A DNA stretch of 64,000 nucleotides, from the NCBI GenBank assembly GCA_020435825.1, contig JAGQYY010000006.1, positions 517 through 64,516 on the forward strand, written 5' to 3'. A program made the position numbers and the translations under genes. The DNA is from Aequorivita sp. GTDB taxonomy: Bacteria > Bacteroidota > Bacteroidia > Flavobacteriales > Flavobacteriaceae. The notes beneath the pieces are model-generated. The model ran no database searches, was not told the origin of the DNA, and saw nothing but the letters and a program-made list of their open reading frames with translations. Below, piece by piece: positions 28,708 to 39,139 of this stretch; positions within the stretch are counted from its first letter, which is position 1; each line of letters begins with the position of its first letter.

Positions 28708-30666
28708 CTGATCTCCAAAACCACCATAGACAATGTTTTTGAAACCGCCCGCGTTGAGGAGGTAATCGGCGATTTTGTTCATTTGAAGAAATCAGGAAGC
28801 AACTATAAAGGCCTAAGTCCATTTACCGATGAGCGCTCACCGAGTTTTATGGTATCGCCCGTTAAACAAATTTGGAAAGATTTCAGTAGCGGAAAAGGAG
28901 GGAACGTTGTTGCGTTTTTGATGGAGCACGAACATTTTACCTATCCCGAGGCCATAAAATTTTTGGCAAAAAAATACGGAATTGAAGTAGAGGAAACCGA
29001 ACAAACTGCTGAAGACAAAATACAGGCCAATGAGCGCGAAAGCCTTTATTTGGTCAGTGAATTCGCGAAAGAGTATTTTCATAACACGCTTTTAAAAACC
29101 GAAGAAGGCAAAGCGATTGGGCTCTCATATTTCAAAGAGAGAGGTTTTGCTGAGGAAACCATCAAAAAATTTGAACTGGGCTATTCACCCGATTCATGGG
29201 ATGCTTTTACTGGCCACGCTATTAAAAAAGGCTATAAGCTGGAGTTTTTGGAAAAGACCGGGCTATCAATTGTAAAAGAAGAAAAACAGTTTGATCGGTT
29301 TAAGGGAAGGGTAATGTTTCCAATCCTTAGCATGAGCGGCCGTACCCTTGGTTTTGGGGGTCGGATTTTAACTTCTGACAAAAAGGCGGCTAAATATTTA
29401 AACTCTCCCGAAAGTGATATTTACCATAAAAGCAAAGTGCTTTACGGTATTTTTCACGCCAAGCAGAGCATTGCCAAAGAGGATAATTGTTATTTGGTGG
29501 AAGGCTATACCGATGTAATTCAGTTATACCAAACCGGTATCCACAATGTGGTTTCTTCTTCGGGAACGGCATTGACTTCAGAACAAATCAGGCTTATAAA
29601 TCGCCTCACAAAAAATATTACCGTTCTTTTTGATGGCGATGCCGCAGGCCTTCGAGCTTCCCTTCGTGGCATTGACTTGATTTTGGAACAAGGGATGAAC
29701 GTGAAAATATGCACCTTCCCCGAAGGCGAGGATCCCGATAGTTTTTCGCGAAAAAATTCGTTGGAAGAATTGACGCTTTATTTAGAGGAAAACGCCAAAG
29801 ATTTTGTCACTTTCAAGGCTTCTTTACTTGCTTCAGAAGCAAAAAATGATCCTATAAAAAAGTCTGAAACCATACACGATATGGTCAACAGCATCGCGAA
29901 AATTCCCGATGTTATAAAGCGAGAAGTTTACATTAAGGAGTGTTCACGAATTATGGACATTTCGGAACAAGTGCTTTTCAATACACTTGCACAAATTTTT
30001 CAAAAGGAAAGAAAAGACTCTTTAAAAAAGGTTACTGTTCCACAGGAGGCTTTTGAAGTAATTCCTTCAGAAAAAAAGATTGAAAAGGTTGATGTTCAGT
30101 TTCAGTTGGAGCAAAAAATAATTGAATTACTGCTTCTCTATGGCAATGTGGAAGAGGATTTTGAGGAGTTAATCTTGGAAGCTGATGAAAAAGGGGAAAT
30201 CACATTAAAGCCAGAAACTCACAAGTCGCGCGTTTTTGAAAAAATATATCTCGATCTTCAGGAAGATGAAATAGAATTTACCAACCCAGAATTTAAAGAG
30301 CTATATTTTGAAGTAGTTAACCGTTTTAACCAAAATCCGGAAGCCAAAGCCGAAACCTTCATCAATGAATTAAACCCCGAAATGGCGTCTTCTGTTACGC
30401 ACATTTTGATGGAAGAAGAAAGGTATTCCTTAAGCAATTGGGGGCGAAAGGAAATATACGTGAAGGCAAAAGAGCAGACTATTGCACAAATGGTTAGTGA
30501 GACAATACTCAATCTGCGAAGACATTTGGTTTCACAGAAAATAAATGAACTTTCTGAAGCAATGAAGCAGGAGGAAAATCTTGAAAAGGAATCTGGTTTA
30601 CAAGAAATTGTGGATTATATAAGCCTTAAAAAAGTACTTTCCAATAAATTAAACAGAGTGCTGTAA
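28708..30666 (+). CDS. dnaG: DNA primase, probable CTG start
   Basis: In-frame ISKTTIDNVFETARVEEVIGDFV upstream of the ORF-track start; FGGR, KYLNSPE, VEGYTDV, FDGDAAG, DPD. Confidence 0.92.
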   Translation: MISKTTIDNVFETARVEEVIGDFVHLKKSGSNYKGLSPFTDERSPSFMVSPVKQIWKDFSSGKGGNVVAFLMEHEHFTYPEAIKFLAKKYGIEVEETEQTAEDKIQANERESLYLVSEFAKEYFHNTLLKTEEGKAIGLSYFKERGFAEETIKKFELGYSPDSWDAFTGHAIKKGYKLEFLEKTGLSIVKEEKQFDRFKGRVMFPILSMSGRTLGFGGRILTSDKKAAKYLNSPESDIYHKSKVLYGIFHAKQSIAKEDNCYLVEGYTDVIQLYQTGIHNVVSSSGTALTSEQIRLINRLTKNITVLFDGDAAGLRASLRGIDLILEQGMNVKICTFPEGEDPDSFSRKNSLEELTLYLEENAKDFVTFKASLLASEAKNDPIKKSETIHDMVNSIAKIPDVIKREVYIKECSRIMDISEQVLFNTLAQIFQKERKDSLKKVTVPQEAFEVIPSEKKIEKVDVQFQLEQKIIELLLLYGNVEEDFEELILEADEKGEITLKPETHKSRVFEKIYLDLQEDEIEFTNPEFKELYFEVVNRFNQNPEAKAETFINELNPEMASSVTHILMEEERYSLSNWGRKEIYVKAKEQTIAQMVSETILNLRRHLVSQKINELSEAMKQEENLEKESGLQEIVDYISLKKVLSNKLNRVL

Positions 30667-30667
30667 A

Positions 30668-31300
30668 TCAATTGAATTGAAACAATCGGGCTTGGTTTAT
30701 CAATTCAGCCAAGCTAGTCACTTTTAGTTTTTTCAGCAAACGTGTTTTATAGGTGCTCACTGTTTTTTCGTTTATTTCCAGGAGTGTAGCTATGTCTTTG
30801 TTACGCTTTCCGTTGGAAAGTAAGTTCAGCACTTCAATCTCCCGGGCGGAAAGTTTTTTATAACGCCCCATAATCGTATTGTCATTTATAGACTTGTTGT
30901 TGAAGGCGGCCGAAAGTTCCTCATTCAAAAATACACCGCCTGTTGCAACACGTTTAATGGCTTGAAGAAAAATTACTTCTGAAGATGTTTTTGGAATGTA
31001 TCCTGCAGCACCGGATTTTATAGATCGCAAAGCATAAATTTCTTCTGGATGTGATGAAAAAATAGCAATTCGTGTTCTTGGAAACTCTTCCCTAATACTT
31101 CTAAGAGCGTGGAAACCATTAATTTCTGGTATGTCTAATTCCAACAACAAAATATCGGGACGCTCTTTTTCCAAACATTTTAGCAATTCAGATCCGCGGG
31201 AAACTTTTCCGACTATTGAATATTCATTTGTGTTATTCAGCAATACTTCAGCACCTTTTCTAGTTATTGGGTGGTGGTCTGCAATTACAACTTTTTTCAT
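30668..31300 (-). CDS. NarL/LuxR-family response regulator
   Basis: Receiver domain with ADHH and LLELD (atypical acidic pocket) plus LSAREIEVL...TVSTYKTR HTH. Confidence 0.88.
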   Translation of the reverse strand: MKKVVIADHHPITRKGAEVLLNNTNEYSIVGKVSRGSELLKCLEKERPDILLLELDIPEINGFHALRSIREEFPRTRIAIFSSHPEEIYALRSIKSGAAGYIPKTSSEVIFLQAIKRVATGGVFLNEELSAAFNNKSINDNTIMGRYKKLSAREIEVLNLLSNGKRNKDIATLLEINEKTVSTYKTRLLKKLKVTSLAELINQARLFQFN

Positions 31301-31460
31301 CCTATTGTATTTATAAATTTCTTAAAAATATAAAACCTTCAGATTTGGGGTTGAGGTTTGAGAACGTAATATTAATACTACATTTTGAATATATAAAATC
31401 TTACCAGTAAGAATGCTAAACCTTTCGTTTAATGGTTAAATTATTCGGTAAATAACAAGT

Positions 31461-32249
31461 TTATTTATATTTGGCTGGTATTTCGCAGACAGGAATTGGC
31501 GCCATTTTGTGTTGGTTTGCTTGATTCAATCTATGGAATATATCAAAAACTACTTTTTGCCTTCCCGAAAAATCTGAACTGGTTTTGCCGTTTTCATTCA
31601 TTTTCATTGCCCATTCCAGTTCGTCATAGCTTGCGCCAAGTTGGTCTTCATCTGTTCGGTCATCTCCCCATAATCCATCTGTTGGTGCCGCTACAATTAT
31701 TTCTTTATTTATTCCCAAGAAACGTGCAATTTCATAGACTTCACTCTTCATCAAATCGGCGATAGGGCTTAAATCCACACCGCCGTCGCCGTATTTTGTA
31801 TAAAAGCCCACACCAAAATCCTCAACTTTATTTCCAGTTCCCGCCACTAAATATTTTTGCAAAGCCGCAAAATAATAAAGTGTTGTCATGCGCAAACGGG
31901 CACGAGTGTTAGCAAGTGACATATAACGGTCTTCTTCTTTTTCAACCTTTGGTAAAGCGGTAATCAAAGAATCGAACGCAGGGGTGAGATTTACTTCAAT
32001 TTTTTCAACTTTTGGAAAATTTTCCTTTAGCCAAGCAATATGATTGACTGCGCGACTTACTTGTGATGATGCCTGATGAATGGGCATTTCCACACATAAA
32101 AGTTTAAGCCCTGTTTTTGCACATAAAGCTGAGGTTACGGCAGAATCAATTCCGCCGCTAATGCCAATTACAAAACCTTCCATTTTTGCATTTACAGCAT
32201 AATTTTTTAACCAGTTTACAATGTGGTCTATCACTTTTTCAGTATGCAT
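31461..32249 (-). CDS. nadE: NH3-dependent NAD+ synthetase
   Basis: GISGGIDSAV, NTRARLRM, FYTKYGDG; start taken at MHTEKV. Confidence 0.94.
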   Translation of the reverse strand: MHTEKVIDHIVNWLKNYAVNAKMEGFVIGISGGIDSAVTSALCAKTGLKLLCVEMPIHQASSQVSRAVNHIAWLKENFPKVEKIEVNLTPAFDSLITALPKVEKEEDRYMSLANTRARLRMTTLYYFAALQKYLVAGTGNKVEDFGVGFYTKYGDGGVDLSPIADLMKSEVYEIARFLGINKEIIVAAPTDGLWGDDRTDEDQLGASYDELEWAMKMNENGKTSSDFSGRQKVVFDIFHRLNQANQHKMAPIPVCEIPAKYK

Positions 32250-32354
32250 TTTCTGTGTTTTTAATCTTTTATAATAATACCTTTGCACCGCAAAAGTGGT
32301 TAAAGATAAAATTAATAAAAAGGAATTGCGTTAACCAACAATAACATTTTTTCT

Positions 32355-33314
32355 ATGATGAAATATTGCGCAATGGTTCTCTTGGGTGTTTTCTTTTTTG
32401 CCTGTAACGACGGGAGCAAGGTTGAAAAGGAGATTGAAAAAATTCCTATAAATGTGGAAATTATCCGTTTTGATAAGAAGTTTGCGGCTACTACTCCCGA
32501 AACGCTTCCATCGTTGAAAGCTGAATTTCCGGCATTTTTCCCAAAACAGTACGGCGATAGTATATGGATTGAAAAATTAAATGATACACTACAAAACCAG
32601 CTAGAAGAAGAAGTTGCAAAAACCTTTCCGAGTGGGGAGTCTTTGGAAGAGATATTTGTTCCATTGTTTCAACATATAAAATATTACTTCCCGAAATTCA
32701 CCGCCCCATTAGTGGTGACCACTACTTCAGACGTAGATTATCGAAACAAGGTCATACTTGCGGATAGTATGCTGGTTGTTGGTTTGGACAATTATCTGGG
32801 GGCCAATCACCGTTTTTATGAAGGCATTGATAAGTATATTTCCAAAGAAATGAAACCTTCGCAAATAGGTCCCGATGTGGCTGAAACCTATGCAAGTCAG
32901 TATATAAAACCACCCAGTAAAGCTACTTTTCTGGGACAGATTATTTACTTTGGAAAAGAACTTTATTTGAAAGATTTATGGCTTCCAAATGCCTCAGATG
33001 CCGAAAAAATAGGCTATACCGCAGAAGAGTTTCAATGGGCCGAAGAGAACGAGGAATATATGTGGCGCTATTTTATTGAAAAGGAATTGCTCTACAGTAC
33101 AGACCCAAAACTTGGGGCACGGTTTATAAGCCCCGCCCCCTTTTCAAAGTTCTATCTTGAAATAGACAACGAATCCCCTGGAATGTTGGGGCGTTATTTG
33201 GGATGGAAAATTGTCCGTGCCTATATGGAAAACAATAAAACATCCACTCAGCAATTAATGATTACAGATGCTGAAGAAATATTTACAAATTCAAAATACA
33301 AACCAAAGAAATAA
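32355..33314 (+). CDS. gldB: Gliding motility lipoprotein GldB
   Basis: Lipobox FFAC, APFSKFYLEIDNESPG, YKPKK end, adjacent gldC. Confidence 0.9.
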   Translation: MMKYCAMVLLGVFFFACNDGSKVEKEIEKIPINVEIIRFDKKFAATTPETLPSLKAEFPAFFPKQYGDSIWIEKLNDTLQNQLEEEVAKTFPSGESLEEIFVPLFQHIKYYFPKFTAPLVVTTTSDVDYRNKVILADSMLVVGLDNYLGANHRFYEGIDKYISKEMKPSQIGPDVAETYASQYIKPPSKATFLGQIIYFGKELYLKDLWLPNASDAEKIGYTAEEFQWAEENEEYMWRYFIEKELLYSTDPKLGARFISPAPFSKFYLEIDNESPGMLGRYLGWKIVRAYMENNKTSTQQLMITDAEEIFTNSKYKPKK

Positions 33315-33652
33315 TGGCAGTAAAACATACATCTGAAATAAAACTAGACATAGGTCTTGACGAAAACAAGATTCCTGAAAACATAAAGTGGACCGCTGAA
33401 GACGGCGGTGTTTCTAATGAAGAGACCAAAGCAGTGATGCTATCGGTTTGGGACAGCAAAAGCAAGGAATCGCTTAGAATAGATCTATGGACAAAGGATA
33501 TGCCGGTGGACGAAATGAAAATTTTCTTTCACCAGACTTTAAGCGCAATGGCAGATACTTTTCAGCGTGCGACCAATGATGATAGAATGAGCGACACTAT
33601 GCGTGATTTTTGTGATTATTTTGCAGAGAAGCTAGAGCTGAAGCGGGGCTAG
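33314..33652 (+). CDS. gldC: Gliding motility protein GldC
   Basis: LDENKIPE, LRIDLWTKDMPVDEMK. Confidence 0.92.
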   Translation: MAVKHTSEIKLDIGLDENKIPENIKWTAEDGGVSNEETKAVMLSVWDSKSKESLRIDLWTKDMPVDEMKIFFHQTLSAMADTFQRATNDDRMSDTMRDFCDYFAEKLELKRG

Positions 33653-33658
33653 GAAAAT

Positions 33659-34270
33659 TTAAAATTCGGAAGTTTGAATAGAATTGTTTAATTCATCAAT
33701 ATAATTCAACACTTCGTCCCTTCCCGTGGAATCACTGGCAGAAGTAACAAAAAACGGAGGCATTTCTTCCCATGTTTCCAGTATTTTTTCAGTGTAAGCG
33801 GCAATGTTTCGTTCCAAAGCATTTGGTTTCAATTTGTCTGCTTTTGTAAAAATGATATTGAAAGGAATACCGCTTTCGCCCATCCATTGCATAAACTCCA
33901 TATCAATAGGTTGCGGTTCGTGCCGGCAATCTACCAAAACAAAAGCGAGCACCATTTGCTCTCTCTTTTCAAAATAATTGGTAATGAATTTCTGAAAAGT
34001 CTTTTTACTGGTTTTAGAAACACGTGCATAGCCGTAACCGGGCAAATCTACCAAATACCAATTTTTATTTATAAGGAAGTGATTGATGAGCTGTGTTTTT
34101 CCGGGTCTTCCAGAAGTTTTTGCCAAACTTTTGCGCAGCATTAGCATATTTATCAAAGAAGATTTTCCCACATTGCTACGCCCAATAAAAGCATATTCCG
34201 GCAAACGGTCTTTGGGGCATTTGGCAACTTCACTGTTGCTCATCAAAAATTCCGCCGATTTGATTTGCAT
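33659..34270 (-). CDS. engB: Ribosome biogenesis GTP-binding protein YihA/EngB
   Basis: [22 protein letters not shown]. Confidence 0.95.
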   Translation of the reverse strand: MQIKSAEFLMSNSEVAKCPKDRLPEYAFIGRSNVGKSSLINMLMLRKSLAKTSGRPGKTQLINHFLINKNWYLVDLPGYGYARVSKTSKKTFQKFITNYFEKREQMVLAFVLVDCRHEPQPIDMEFMQWMGESGIPFNIIFTKADKLKPNALERNIAAYTEKILETWEEMPPFFVTSASDSTGRDEVLNYIDELNNSIQTSEF

Positions 34271-34349
34271 TTTTTTAATATTGAGAAATTAGTATTGAGT
34301 ATGAAACCCGAAACCTACCATTTTGAACGCAGCCGAAAGGCAGCGATGG

Positions 34350-35114
34350 TTAGTATCCCCGTTTTTCCAACCAAGAATACAGAAGTTCATTAAATTCATC
34401 GGGATGTTCCATCATTGCGGCGTGGCCACATTTGTCAATCCAAAATAATTCCGAATCTGGTAAAAGCTCATCAAATTCTATTGCAACTTCTGGAGGGGTT
34501 ACATTGTCATTTTTACCCCAAATTATGCAGGTTGGGGTGTGCATTTTTGGTAAATCCTTTGACATGTTGTGCCTTATGGCACTTTTCGCGATGGCAAGGG
34601 TTCGTATCAGTTTGTTTCTATCGTTTACGGTTTCATAAACATCATCAACAATTTCTTTGGTTGCAACAGCAGGATCATAAAAAACATTTTCTGCTTTTTG
34701 ACGGATATATTCATAATCGCCACGTTTTGGGTAACTTTCGCCCATCGCACTCTCATAAAGACCAGAGCTTCCTGTGATTATTAAAGCTTTCACTTTTTCA
34801 GGATACATTTTTGTGCATAAAAGGCCAATGTGTCCACCCAGAGAATTTCCCAAAAGAATCACTTCTTCATAACCCAGATGGTCAATAAATTGCGCTACAT
34901 ATTTTGCGAAATTTTTCACATTGGTACGCAATAAAGTCATCTTGTAAATGGGCAATTCTGGAATTAAAATTTTGTAGCCTTTTGGCGGAAAGAAATCTGC
35001 AACGCCATCAAAATTGCTCAACCCGCCCATAAGCCCGTGAAGGATGATTATTGGAGTGCCTTCACCTATTTCTAAATATGAAAATTTTCCTTCTTTCTTT
35101 AAGTTTTCCGACAT
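34350..35114 (-). CDS. Alpha/beta hydrolase
   Basis: LHGLMG, GNSLGG nucleophile elbow, CGHAAMME. Confidence 0.9.
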   Translation of the reverse strand: MSENLKKEGKFSYLEIGEGTPIIILHGLMGGLSNFDGVADFFPPKGYKILIPELPIYKMTLLRTNVKNFAKYVAQFIDHLGYEEVILLGNSLGGHIGLLCTKMYPEKVKALIITGSSGLYESAMGESYPKRGDYEYIRQKAENVFYDPAVATKEIVDDVYETVNDRNKLIRTLAIAKSAIRHNMSKDLPKMHTPTCIIWGKNDNVTPPEVAIEFDELLPDSELFWIDKCGHAAMMEHPDEFNELLYSWLEKRGY

Positions 35115-35222
35115 GCCTGGTTGCTGCAATTTAGAAAGACAAAAGTAAACAAAATTATTTCATAAGGTCTATTTAAAAACAGGCTTTGTTATTTCCTGTT
35201 TCGATTTCACTTTATCTACAAA

Positions 35223-35286
35223 GTGGTAAAACTTATCAACAAAGTGGTAGAATGTGGTAAAATGTGGTAAAAGTTATATATATTTG
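35223..35286 (+). promoter_or_regulatory. dcw promoter with MraZ-type GTGG direct repeats
   Basis: GTGGTA at 35223, 35244, 35254, 35264 (10-bp spacing for the last three) and TATATTTG at 35279-35286. Confidence 0.8.
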
Positions 35287-35318
35287 AAACAATTAATTGC
35301 AAACAGGGGATTTTCACA

Positions 35319-35792
35319 ATGCTCAATCTAATAGGGACATACGAATGTAAAGCAGACGTAAAGGGACGGGTCATGGTGCCAGCGCCTTTAAAAAAGCAGT
35401 TGGCATCGGTAGCTCCAGAGGGTTTTGTAATTAAGCGTGCTGTATTCCAGCCTTGTCTGGAAATGTACCCGATGAAAGAATGGGATGCGCTGATGTTGAA
35501 AATGGGAGAACTCAACCGTTTCAACAGAAAAAATAATGATTTTATTAGAAGGTTCACTGCGGGTGTAAAAACCGTGGAACTTGATTCTACAGGCCGTTTA
35601 TTAATTCCGAAAGACCTGCTTTCTTTCGCGGGAATAAGTAAGGAATTGGTAATCTCTTCCGCAATAAACATTGTAGAGATTTGGGATAAAGACAAATACG
35701 AACAGGCCATTGATGATGCCGCAAACGACTTTGCTGATTTGGCTGAAGAAGTAATGGGAAACAAAAGCAATGATGGTGATGGAATATCATAA
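35319..35792 (+). CDS. mraZ: Division/cell wall cluster transcriptional repressor
   Basis: DVKGRV and DSTGRLLIP repeats, first gene of dcw. Confidence 0.95.
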   Translation: MLNLIGTYECKADVKGRVMVPAPLKKQLASVAPEGFVIKRAVFQPCLEMYPMKEWDALMLKMGELNRFNRKNNDFIRRFTAGVKTVELDSTGRLLIPKDLLSFAGISKELVISSAINIVEIWDKDKYEQAIDDAANDFADLAEEVMGNKSNDGDGIS

Positions 35793-36675
35793 TCCAGTTT
35801 TGCTAAAAGAAACTGTAGATGGGCTAAACATAAAACCGGACGGAGTTTATGTAGATGTAACTTTTGGCGGCGGTGGTCACTCACGCGAAATTCTTAAACG
35901 TTTGGGGTCTAATGGAAAACTCATTGCTTTTGATCAGGACAAGGACGCTTTGGAAAACGCAATTGACGATTCTCGGTTCCTGCTGATTAATCAAAACTTT
36001 AGATTTTTAAAGCAATTTCTCAGGTTTCACGGTTATAAAATTGTTGATGGAATTTTGGGAGACTTTGGAGTTTCCTCACATCAATTTGATGTTGCTGAAA
36101 GAGGTTTTTCAACCCGTTTTGAAGCCAATTTGGATATGCGGATGAACCGCGACAGCAATTTTTCAGCATATACGGTAGTGAATAAATATGAAGAAGCGAA
36201 GCTGCGAAGCGTGCTTTCCAATTATGGCGAATTGCGAAGTGCTGCCGGAATGGCACGAGTAATTGTTGAGGCTCGTGAAAACGAAAAAATAAAGACCGGG
36301 GAACAACTTAAAAAAGTGCTCGGGAGATTTCTGCCGGCGCATAAAGAAAACAAGATTTTGGCCCAAATCTATCAGGCAATTAGGATTGAGGTTAATCAAG
36401 AATTAGAAGCGCTGAAAGAATTTTTACTTCAAACAAATGATGTTTTAAAATCTGGAGGAAGAATAAGCTTGATAAGCTATCATTCTTTGGAGGATAGATT
36501 GGTGAAGCGATTTATAAGAAACGGAATGTTTGAAGGAGAACCTGAAAAGGATGTTTTTGGAAGAGTAGAAGTTCCTTTTAAAGCAGTTGGAAAATTTATA
36601 ATTCCTTCCGAAGAAGAAATAAAACTAAATAACCGAGCCCGAAGCGCAAAGCTGCGTATAGCTGAAAAACTATAG
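35770..36675 (+). CDS. rsmH: 16S rRNA m4C1402 methyltransferase
   Basis: HNPVLL, DVTFGGGGHS, GVSSHQ, SYHSLEDR, RARSAKLR. Confidence 0.96.
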   Translation: MMVMEYHNPVLLKETVDGLNIKPDGVYVDVTFGGGGHSREILKRLGSNGKLIAFDQDKDALENAIDDSRFLLINQNFRFLKQFLRFHGYKIVDGILGDFGVSSHQFDVAERGFSTRFEANLDMRMNRDSNFSAYTVVNKYEEAKLRSVLSNYGELRSAAGMARVIVEARENEKIKTGEQLKKVLGRFLPAHKENKILAQIYQAIRIEVNQELEALKEFLLQTNDVLKSGGRISLISYHSLEDRLVKRFIRNGMFEGEPEKDVFGRVEVPFKAVGKFIIPSEEEIKLNNRARSAKLRIAEKL

Positions 36676-36773
36676 TTTTTTCAGGAAAAGAAAATAGATG
36701 AAAGAATAAAGAGAGTCTAGGTTTTGCGAATTCACTAATTCACAAACTCACAGATTCACGAATTCAATAAAAA

Positions 36774-37094
36774 ATGAAAGAAGGTTTTTACAACATAATA
36801 AAAGGAAAATTTTTGGTTAGTGATGACGCGTTGAAAAACTGGCGTTTCATCATTTTCCTTTCTGTGTTGGCCTTAATTATGATTGGCAGCTCACATAGTG
36901 CAGACAAAAAAGTACATAAAATTTCAAAATTGAACGCACAGGTAAAAGAGCTTAAAAGCGAATATGTTGACGTGCGAATGCTGTTGATGCAGGCAAGAAT
37001 GGAAAGCAAAATTATAGTAGCAATGGAAAATCGTGGTTTACAGCCATCATCAAACCCACCAAAGAGAATTCGAATTATTGAAAAGAAAAAATAG
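36774..37094 (+). CDS. ftsL: FtsL-like cell division protein
   Basis: TM segment plus coiled coil, between rsmH and ftsI. Confidence 0.8.
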   Translation: MKEGFYNIIKGKFLVSDDALKNWRFIIFLSVLALIMIGSSHSADKKVHKISKLNAQVKELKSEYVDVRMLLMQARMESKIIVAMENRGLQPSSNPPKRIRIIEKKK

Positions 37095-37138
37095 CAAAAA
37101 ACGAAAAGAAATAACAATTGACAACTGATAACTGAAAA

Positions 37139-39139
37139 ATGGCTTTCGAAGAAAAAAACATACTAAACCGTTTATACATCATTGCTGGATGTATGTTTCT
37201 CTTCGCCTTGGCCATAAGCATAAAACTAATGAATATTCAGTTTGCGGATGGTGAAAAATATAGAGAACTAGCCAAAGAAAACACCACCAAGAATTTTGTT
37301 ATTCCCGCCAATCGAGGCAATGTTTATGCAGATGACGGCAGCCTTTTGGCTACATCGGTCCCTAAATACGATATCCGTTTTGATGCGGTAACGGTTTCTT
37401 CCGAAGATTTCAAGGAAAATTTGAAGCCGCTTTCCGAAGGGTTGAGCAAACTGTTCGGCAAATCGGTTTCGCATTACCAAAACATGTTCAGAAAAGCGCG
37501 TGCCGATAAAAACAGGTATTTGCTTATCGTAAAAAATCTGGGCTATTCAGATTATATAAAAGTGAAAAACCTGCCACTTTTCCGAAAAGGACCCTATAAA
37601 GGTGGAATTATCGTAGAGCAACGAACCGTTCGCGAACATCCTATTGGTAAAATTGCACAGCGTACCGTTGGCGATGAAGCATTTGATCGGCCAGGCTACT
37701 ACGCTGTTGGTCTTGAGGGAGCTTTTAATGATTTACTAACCGGAAAAGACGGTCATCGTTTAAAGCAAAAAATTGCCCAGGGCCAATGGAAGCCTATATT
37801 TGATGACAACGAAATTGAGCCCCAAGACGGTTACGATATTGTTTCTACCATAAATGTAAACATCCAGGATATTGCGCATCACGCGTTGTTGAAGCAGTTA
37901 GAGTATTACGAAGCTGAACACGGAAGCGTAATTGTGATGGAAGTTGCCACTGGTGAGATAAAAGCTGTATCAAACCTTGGGCGTACTTCTCAAGGAACTT
38001 ATTATGAAAAGCTAAATTACGCCATTGGCGAGTCGCACGAACCGGGCTCTACTTTTAAAGTGATGGCAATGATGGCTGCGTTAGAAGACAAAGTGATTGA
38101 TACTAGTACCGTTGTTGACACCGGAAATGGCAGAAAAGTTTTCTATGGAAAGCCTATTAATGATTCTCATCGTGGCGGCTACGGAAAAATTTCAGCAGCA
38201 AAGGCTTTAGAGGTCTCTTCAAATATTGGGTTGGCAACAATCATTGACAATGGATATTCCAAAAATCCAAATAAATTTATTAGCCGTTTAAAGAGCTGGC
38301 ACTTAAATGAAAAAACAGGAGTTTCCATAAAAGGGGAAGGAATGCCAATGATTCCTCAGCCGGGAGACAAAAAGTGGAGTAGAAACGCGCTGCCTTCAAT
38401 GTCTTATGGATATGGTTTAAGGCTGACCCCTTTGCAAACACTTACATTCTACAATGCTATTGCGAACAACGGCGTCATGGTAAAACCGCGCTTTATAAAA
38501 GAAGTTAGGGCCTGGAATGAAAAAGTAACTATATACGATACCAAAATTATCAATCCAAAAATCTGTTCAGATGAAACCTTGCGTGAAATCAAGGAAATCA
38601 TGAAAAATACTGTTAAGCGTGGAACGGGAAAATCACTCTATTCCCCAGATTTTTCAATGGCAGGAAAAACAGGAACTGCACAAACCGAATATTGGATGCC
38701 GGACTGGAAAAGCAATCGCCGCTATATTTCCTCGTTTGCAGGTTTTTTTCCAGCCGAAAACCCAAAATATTCCTGTATTGTAATTATTCATAAACCAAGT
38801 ACTAAAAAAGGATTTTATGGCGCCGATGTTTCCGGTCCAGTATTTAAAAGAATCGCCCAAAAAATCTTCACCGATTCTCAAATAATAGATTCTGTGGAAG
38901 ATGTGGAAAAAACAGATCCACTGATTGAAAAAGATTATGAAAAGTATTATGCAAAGTTGCAACAACCGGCTAAAACAATTCCCAACGTTACCGGAATGGC
39001 AGGAATGGATGCGGTTTCGCTATTGGAAAATCTTGGTTTGAGGGTTCAGGTTGTTGGTAATGGGACAGTTGCCAGCCAATCCATAAAATCTGGCGAAACT
39101 TTAAAAAAGGGACAACTAATAACCTTGAATTTATCGTGA
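37139..39139 (+). CDS. ftsI: Septal transpeptidase PBP3 with PASTA domain
   Basis: EPGSTFK, SSN, KTGTAQ. Confidence 0.92.
   Translation: MAFEEKNILNRLYIIAGCMFLFALAISIKLMNIQFADGEKYRELAKENTTKNFVIPANRGNVYADDGSLLATSVPKYDIRFDAVTVSSEDFKENLKPLSEGLSKLFGKSVSHYQNMFRKARADKNRYLLIVKNLGYSDYIKVKNLPLFRKGPYKGGIIVEQRTVREHPIGKIAQRTVGDEAFDRPGYYAVGLEGAFNDLLTGKDGHRLKQKIAQGQWKPIFDDNEIEPQDGYDIVSTINVNIQDIAHHALLKQLEYYEAEHGSVIVMEVATGEIKAVSNLGRTSQGTYYEKLNYAIGESHEPGSTFKVMAMMAALEDKVIDTSTVVDTGNGRKVFYGKPINDSHRGGYGKISAAKALEVSSNIGLATIIDNGYSKNPNKFISRLKSWHLNEKTGVSIKGEGMPMIPQPGDKKWSRNALPSMSYGYGLRLTPLQTLTFYNAIANNGVMVKPRFIKEVRAWNEKVTIYDTKIINPKICSDETLREIKEIMKNTVKRGTGKSLYSPDFSMAGKTGTAQTEYWMPDWKSNRRYISSFAGFFPAENPKYSCIVIIHKPSTKKGFYGADVSGPVFKRIAQKIFTDSQIIDSVEDVEKTDPLIEKDYEKYYAKLQQPAKTIPNVTGMAGMDAVSLLENLGLRVQVVGNGTVASQSIKSGETLKKGQLITLNLS

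Noticed and set aside
35216-35884. 222-aa antisense ORF over mraZ and other short antisense ORFs in the track
   Set aside because: They shadow well-supported genes on the opposite strand and show no recognisable motifs.
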